Of a DNA stretch of 64,000 nt, positions 59,301-64,000 are shown one piece after another (position 1 is the first letter of the stretch; each line of letters starts with the position of its first letter). The stretch lies in the NCBI GenBank assembly GCA_951406725.2, contig OX597814.1, positions 42,222,001 to 42,286,000 of the forward strand, read 5' to 3'. The notes beneath the pieces are model-generated. The model saw nothing but the letters and a program-made list of their open reading frames with translations, was not told the origin of the DNA and did no database searches. Source of the stretch: Octopus vulgaris. Its lineage: Eukaryota. The translations under genes and the position numbers were made by a program.

Positions 59301-59808
59301 CTCACAAAATGTAACTTAATACAGTCGGGACATATGGAGTATTTTGTGATACACAGTCTAAAGTGATATGAACAATAATTCATAATTCATATTTAATTAT
59401 ATTCATTTTGTCTCCTGATTTCATACAAAAACACATTGTTTTTACTTGTGACCGATATTAAAATAGGAATTTAAGATATGTACCGCACAAATTACATTTT
59501 ATAAATATTTACTTTCATTTCGGAAGTTTAATATTTGAATACGTTTCATACATATTCAACGGATTTATGAAGTGAGAGGATGGTATTTAAAAACCTTGCA
59601 AATTTTCATATAGAATCACAATTGTGTATTTAATCAGCATTTATTTCGATTAGGTTTGATGCATTTGAAACGTATCAATTAGGCAAGAATCATAAATTCA
59701 GTTATTAACAACGATATAAATTATGAAATATTAATATCATTGCTGGAAGGAGTAAATTATGCATAAATATCAATTAGCATATCCGATCTGTCTTCATTTA
59801 TCTCTTAC

Positions 59809-59925
59809 GTAACCAATAACGGATAGAAGTATGATCCCAATGCATCAAATCAAACCAAAGGTTCTTCACCCAGCGTTATACAATCAAAGATAATTTCATC
59901 CGTTCTCTCCCCCGTTTTAATGATC
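59809..59925 (-). pseudogene. Reprolysin-domain pseudo-exon
   Basis: KLSLIV*RWVKNLWFDLMHWDHT resembles TL..FC.WQ...N...HWD.A; minus-strand donor GTAAG at 59808-59804. Confidence 0.55.
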
Positions 59926-60457
59926 TAATCTACATATACATATATCAAGATATTCCATAGCATATTACTCTATGAATTCTAAATTCTAATATATGCATAC
60001 ATATCCACGCACATATATCGCGTGTTGTGTTTCTTATACATTCAACATACATAAATACATATACAATAACACAAATATGCATATGTCTAATTATTTTACT
60101 AAAACTTCGATGGAACAACCACATAGCACATTTACAGAATCAAATTATTGCCTGCAGAATGAGTTGACAGGAAGACAACCTTCTTACCGTGCTCTCCTGG
60201 GAACGCTATAAGGAATATAATGAACGACATGAATGCAAAATCGAAAACGATAGGCTCTAGCGTTAGATTAGCATTTGATTAAGATTTATTCAAGCAAGAG
60301 CATTAAAGAGAACTGGCTTTCGTTCATCAAATTTCGCTTAAAATGTTGTATTGCTGATGCCAGCGCTGCAATATGCATACATACGTACATACATACATAC
60401 ATACATACATACATACATACGTACTTACATACATACTTACAGACATACATATATACT

Positions 60458-60533
<76 letters not shown>

Positions 60534-60786
60534 CATACATACATAGAGAGATATGTAGATAGATAGATGCATAGATATACACACATACAACGATAAAGAT
60601 AGATATGGCCGGTGTACATGGTTTCTCTGGTTTTCAAGACCGGCTATATCTATCGTTATCTATATACTCTTCAGATCTATAATTTAGAGTGGGCTTCTGT
60701 TTCAGATTTATGATCTACTGGATATATGTGTGCGTCTCTCTCTCATTCTCTTTCTCTCTCATATATACATATATATGCATATATAC

Positions 60787-63237
60787 TCTTTACTCTTTTA
60801 ATTCTTTCAGTCATTTGACTGTGGCCATGCTGGAGCACCGGCTTTAGTCGAGCAAATCGACCCCATGACTTATTCTTTGTAAGCCTAGTACTTATTCTAT
60901 CGGTCTCTTTTCACGAACCGCTAAATTACGGAGACATAAACACACCAGCACCGGTTGTCAAGCGATGTTGGGGGGACAAACACAGACACGCAAACACACA
61001 TAAATATATATACATATTCATTTATACGACGGGCTTCTTTCGGTTTCCGTCTACCAAGTCCACTCACAATGCTTTGGTCGGCCCGAGGCTATAGTAGAAG
61101 ACATTTGCCCAAGGTGCCACGCAGTGGCACTGAACCCAGAGCCATGTGGTTAGTAAGCAAGCTACTGTATTTCAAAAGATTTTGCCATAAAAGTATGATA
61201 CAGAGTAGCTTGCGGGCTGCACAGAAACATTGATGCTATGAATGATGAAATAAAATTATATTAATGGGAGAAAACAAAAAACGCCCACCGATTTTTTCCT
61301 TCTCTAAAACATTATTTTTTACGCAAAAAAGAAATAGGTATCGAATCTTTTACTATTATTGGACACTGAGGCTCTTACACACTTAAACATTATAACACTG
61401 AGGCTTTTGAAACTCTTGTCAATTTTCTTCCCCAACATCGCTTGTGCTCGTATACTCCTCTATCACCCACGCCTCATTTAAACCAAGGCGGGCTCCGAGT
61501 AGGCGTCGCCCGGCACAAGCGATATTCCTCTTTGAGTCCCTCCAGCATACGTATCACGGGCAAGGTTATGGTCTCCACAGTTATCTGCGGAGGCCATTCG
61601 GGTTCCCGTGTGAAAGTTAAAGGTATTCCCTTATAGAGATTTTCCACCACTTTTTCTACTTCTCTACCTCTGTAGAAGAAGATCAATAATTTGTCTTCCT
61701 CCGGGGTCGAGGTACTCGATTCTACCGTTAGCGGCATAATTCCGGCCAACGGTGTCTCTTCATTTGCCGGTGGCACAACCGACGATGTTCCGGGACATAC
61801 GATGCTATGTCACCGACTGCCGGCAATGTCCCACTTTTCTTTCCTCATTTATTCTTCTCAAATGGGGGAGGGTTCGTCTCCTACGTGACCGGGAGATCCG
61901 CCTCCCCTCCTTCGTCTCTAGGATCCTTCGGGAAGCACCCATCATTGCTCATTTTCTTCCTCTTGCGGCCCTTCTTTCAGGAGTCCTCCGCCTCCTCTGC
62001 CGTCTTCCTTCCTTCTTCTACAGAAGTCTCCATCAACTGCTCCAGGACTTTGCTTTGTTCCTGAGGACAGATTTTCTTTATATGATCAGGCTCCAGGCAC
62101 CGATGACACCTAGGGTGTGACCCTCAAGAATCACCGGGTACCTGCGCCCGACCATCCTTAAAAAATCTGGAAAAACCAGATTATCGTTTGATTTGGTCCA
62201 CATGGTCAAAACTGCTTTCGACCCCACCAAATCAACCGCAGGCAGAATTTTGTCATTTAAGAGCTTAGCTCTGCTTACACCTAGACCCCGACGTATAGTG
62301 TCTTCTATCCATTCGGGTTCTATTCGGGGTGGCAGCCCACAAACCGAAGCTCTTGTCAATTTCCTTTCACCATATGTGGGGAGAAAAAGAATTTTCTCCC
62401 CTTCCAATGGTTAACTCGCAAAATCTCGAGCCTCCCCAAGGGTGTCAAACAGCAACCATAACGTTGCATATTTGACAACCCTTGCCAATATATTTAATAG
62501 TTGGCAGATATTCTGCCAACTCCTTTTGAATGTCCGCCTGAGAGAACACAGTGATGGTGTCGAGGGACTTAGAATATGACCTCAACACCACCGTCCTCTC
62601 ATTAAAATTTTCCCCCACTGCTTGCGGGCCACAATTTGCTACTCCCATATAGTGTTTTTTTTTTTCTTTTTTGTTGCCATGCTTGCAAAAGAAAAAATAA
62701 AGAAACATTTTCAACACAAATCCAAAATATTCCAAATAAAAATGTCCAGTAAAAACACAAAAGAGATCAGAAAGGCAGAGTAGACAAAAAGAATGAACGA
62801 AGACAGTTCAATTCAGAGCAACACATTTCCGCCACTCAGGTAATCCACAAGAATACAGGTATTCAGTTCACCGTCGCAGCACAAACAATTCCTCCACGAA
62901 TTCATAAATTTTCCAAATTTTGGTGTCGAGACACACCAACCAAAACAACAATTCTTACAGCTAATTGAGTCACTCGGCGCGACCGCAGCAGACAAATGTC
63001 TAGGACCCAGTGAGGATTTCTTATTCGAGAAAAAAACAATATCAAATAAATGAAAATTCCCCAAGGAATCCCTAAAACGACAGATGCCTAACTTGCAGTC
63101 GTGCCTTCAACGGTTCGTTAATTCAAGGCGGCTTACAAGCACGTCTTGCCAGTGTTCTCTCTCGTAAGCGACTGACAAACTCGAGCATGCGTAAGTGAGG
63201 TAAGCAAACTATTCACCACACAGCCACTCCTGCGCCT
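60787..63237 (-). mobile_element. SINE family B split by a 2-kb insertion (pieces 60787-61166 and 63200-63237)
   Basis: The body ends ...gtggttagtaagcaagctact; the head resumes gtaagcaaactattcaccacacagccactcctgcgcct. Confidence 0.85.
61167..63199 (-). mobile_element. ORF1-only non-LTR-type element (gag-like CCHC protein, Tx1/L1-like), disrupted
   Basis: ORF from ~62648 to 61474 over frameshifts: RASVCGLPPRIEPEWI, CHRCLEPDHIRK-C zinc knuckle (~62108-62068); no RT; 14-bp flanking duplication (12/14). Confidence 0.75.
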
Positions 63238-63238
63238 A

Positions 63239-63270
<32 letters not shown>

Positions 63271-63279
63271 TACATATAC

Positions 63280-63354
<75 letters not shown>

Positions 63355-63365
63355 CATATATATAT

Positions 63366-63432
<67 letters not shown>

Positions 63433-64000
63433 TAAAAGCAAATTGTGTGATCAAGGCTTTTCCTTTATGGCTGTTTAGAATATTGAATATCTTGATGTGC
63501 AATGTTATTATAGGTGTAGTACACTTGGTGGGACATCCGTTATGGGAAATCATGTTATCCTGACCTGAAGTTTCTGACAATTAGAATAGCAGAGAACAAT
63601 ATTTCTAAATGTATAAGTGCAATGGGAAAAGAGATAAGAAGCGTTGAAGGAATGGTTAAAAGGAAGAGTTAAAGTGGCGAAAATAGAATGCGGGAAGAAG
63701 TGTGATGTTACAGAATTGCTGTTACTAATTAAAAGATGTCACATAAAGGCATCAAGAAAATAACATAAATTGGCTATAAAAATTGTGAAGTATTCTAAAG
63801 AAGCTACATCAAAGGAAGAACAGTGACTACCATAACAAAAAAAAAACTGAAAGCGAGAAAAGGGATATGTGCAGTGGGCAGTCGAAACGGAGATGCAGGC
63901 AGACACATATTACATAGTATATCAGTTGTGAGAGAAGATAGGGAAAAATGAAAATAAAAAATAAATTATTACGATGATGCGAACGGGCTGACGGTTGCGT

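Larger units (their letters stand above)
20185..60348 (-). pseudogene. Decayed ADAMTS9/20/GON-1-like metalloprotease gene (catalytic, disintegrin-like, TSP1, Cys-rich, spacer, many TSP1, GON-like)
   Basis: Minus-strand fragments in canonical order: HFKR..LTLEPIVF 60348-60240; SL..RW..HWDH ~59900-59831; CKAIYG 58789-58773; GFVADG 58611-58585; QCTG..DSCEVSC 57640-57460; TPCE..ICKAI 55165-55090; many TSP1-like pieces 51383-22530; YILYH*KGFIRVYC 20266-20225. All carry stops or frameshifts. Confidence 0.65.

Noticed and set aside
63200-63237. tRNA gene
   Set aside because: It is the separated tRNA-derived head of a SINE and cannot form a full cloverleaf.
63490-63572. Possible ADAMTS prodomain exon on the minus strand
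   Set aside because: An acceptor-like cttcag is present, but there is no diagnostic motif.

Overview
AT-rich, microsatellite-dense animal DNA. The SINE families look like those of octopus, so a coleoid cephalopod origin is inferred. No intact protein-coding gene is evident, and most listed ORFs are (TA)n/(CA)n/(GATA)n artefacts. Manual six-frame reading reveals two heavily decayed, intron-containing genes facing each other. The first is a + strand FN3-TM-tyrosine-kinase-like receptor fossil (<1 to ~10.8 kb). The second is a - strand ADAMTS9/20/GON-1-like fossil (~60.3 kb down to ~20.2 kb) whose fragments occur in the canonical domain order. Both calls rest on motif matching by eye and need HMM or tblastn confirmation. 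Mobile elements include at least four mariner relics, Penelope-like elements with hammerhead-like cores, R4/Dong-type LINE pieces, a Gypsy integrase fragment, Helentron-like short elements and three SINE families. Structural oddities are a 2-kb ORF1-only retroelement inserted in a SINE tRNA head with a target-complementary 3' hairpin, an identical 846-bp templated insertion flanked by a 128-bp duplication, and a ~1.1-kb palindrome.
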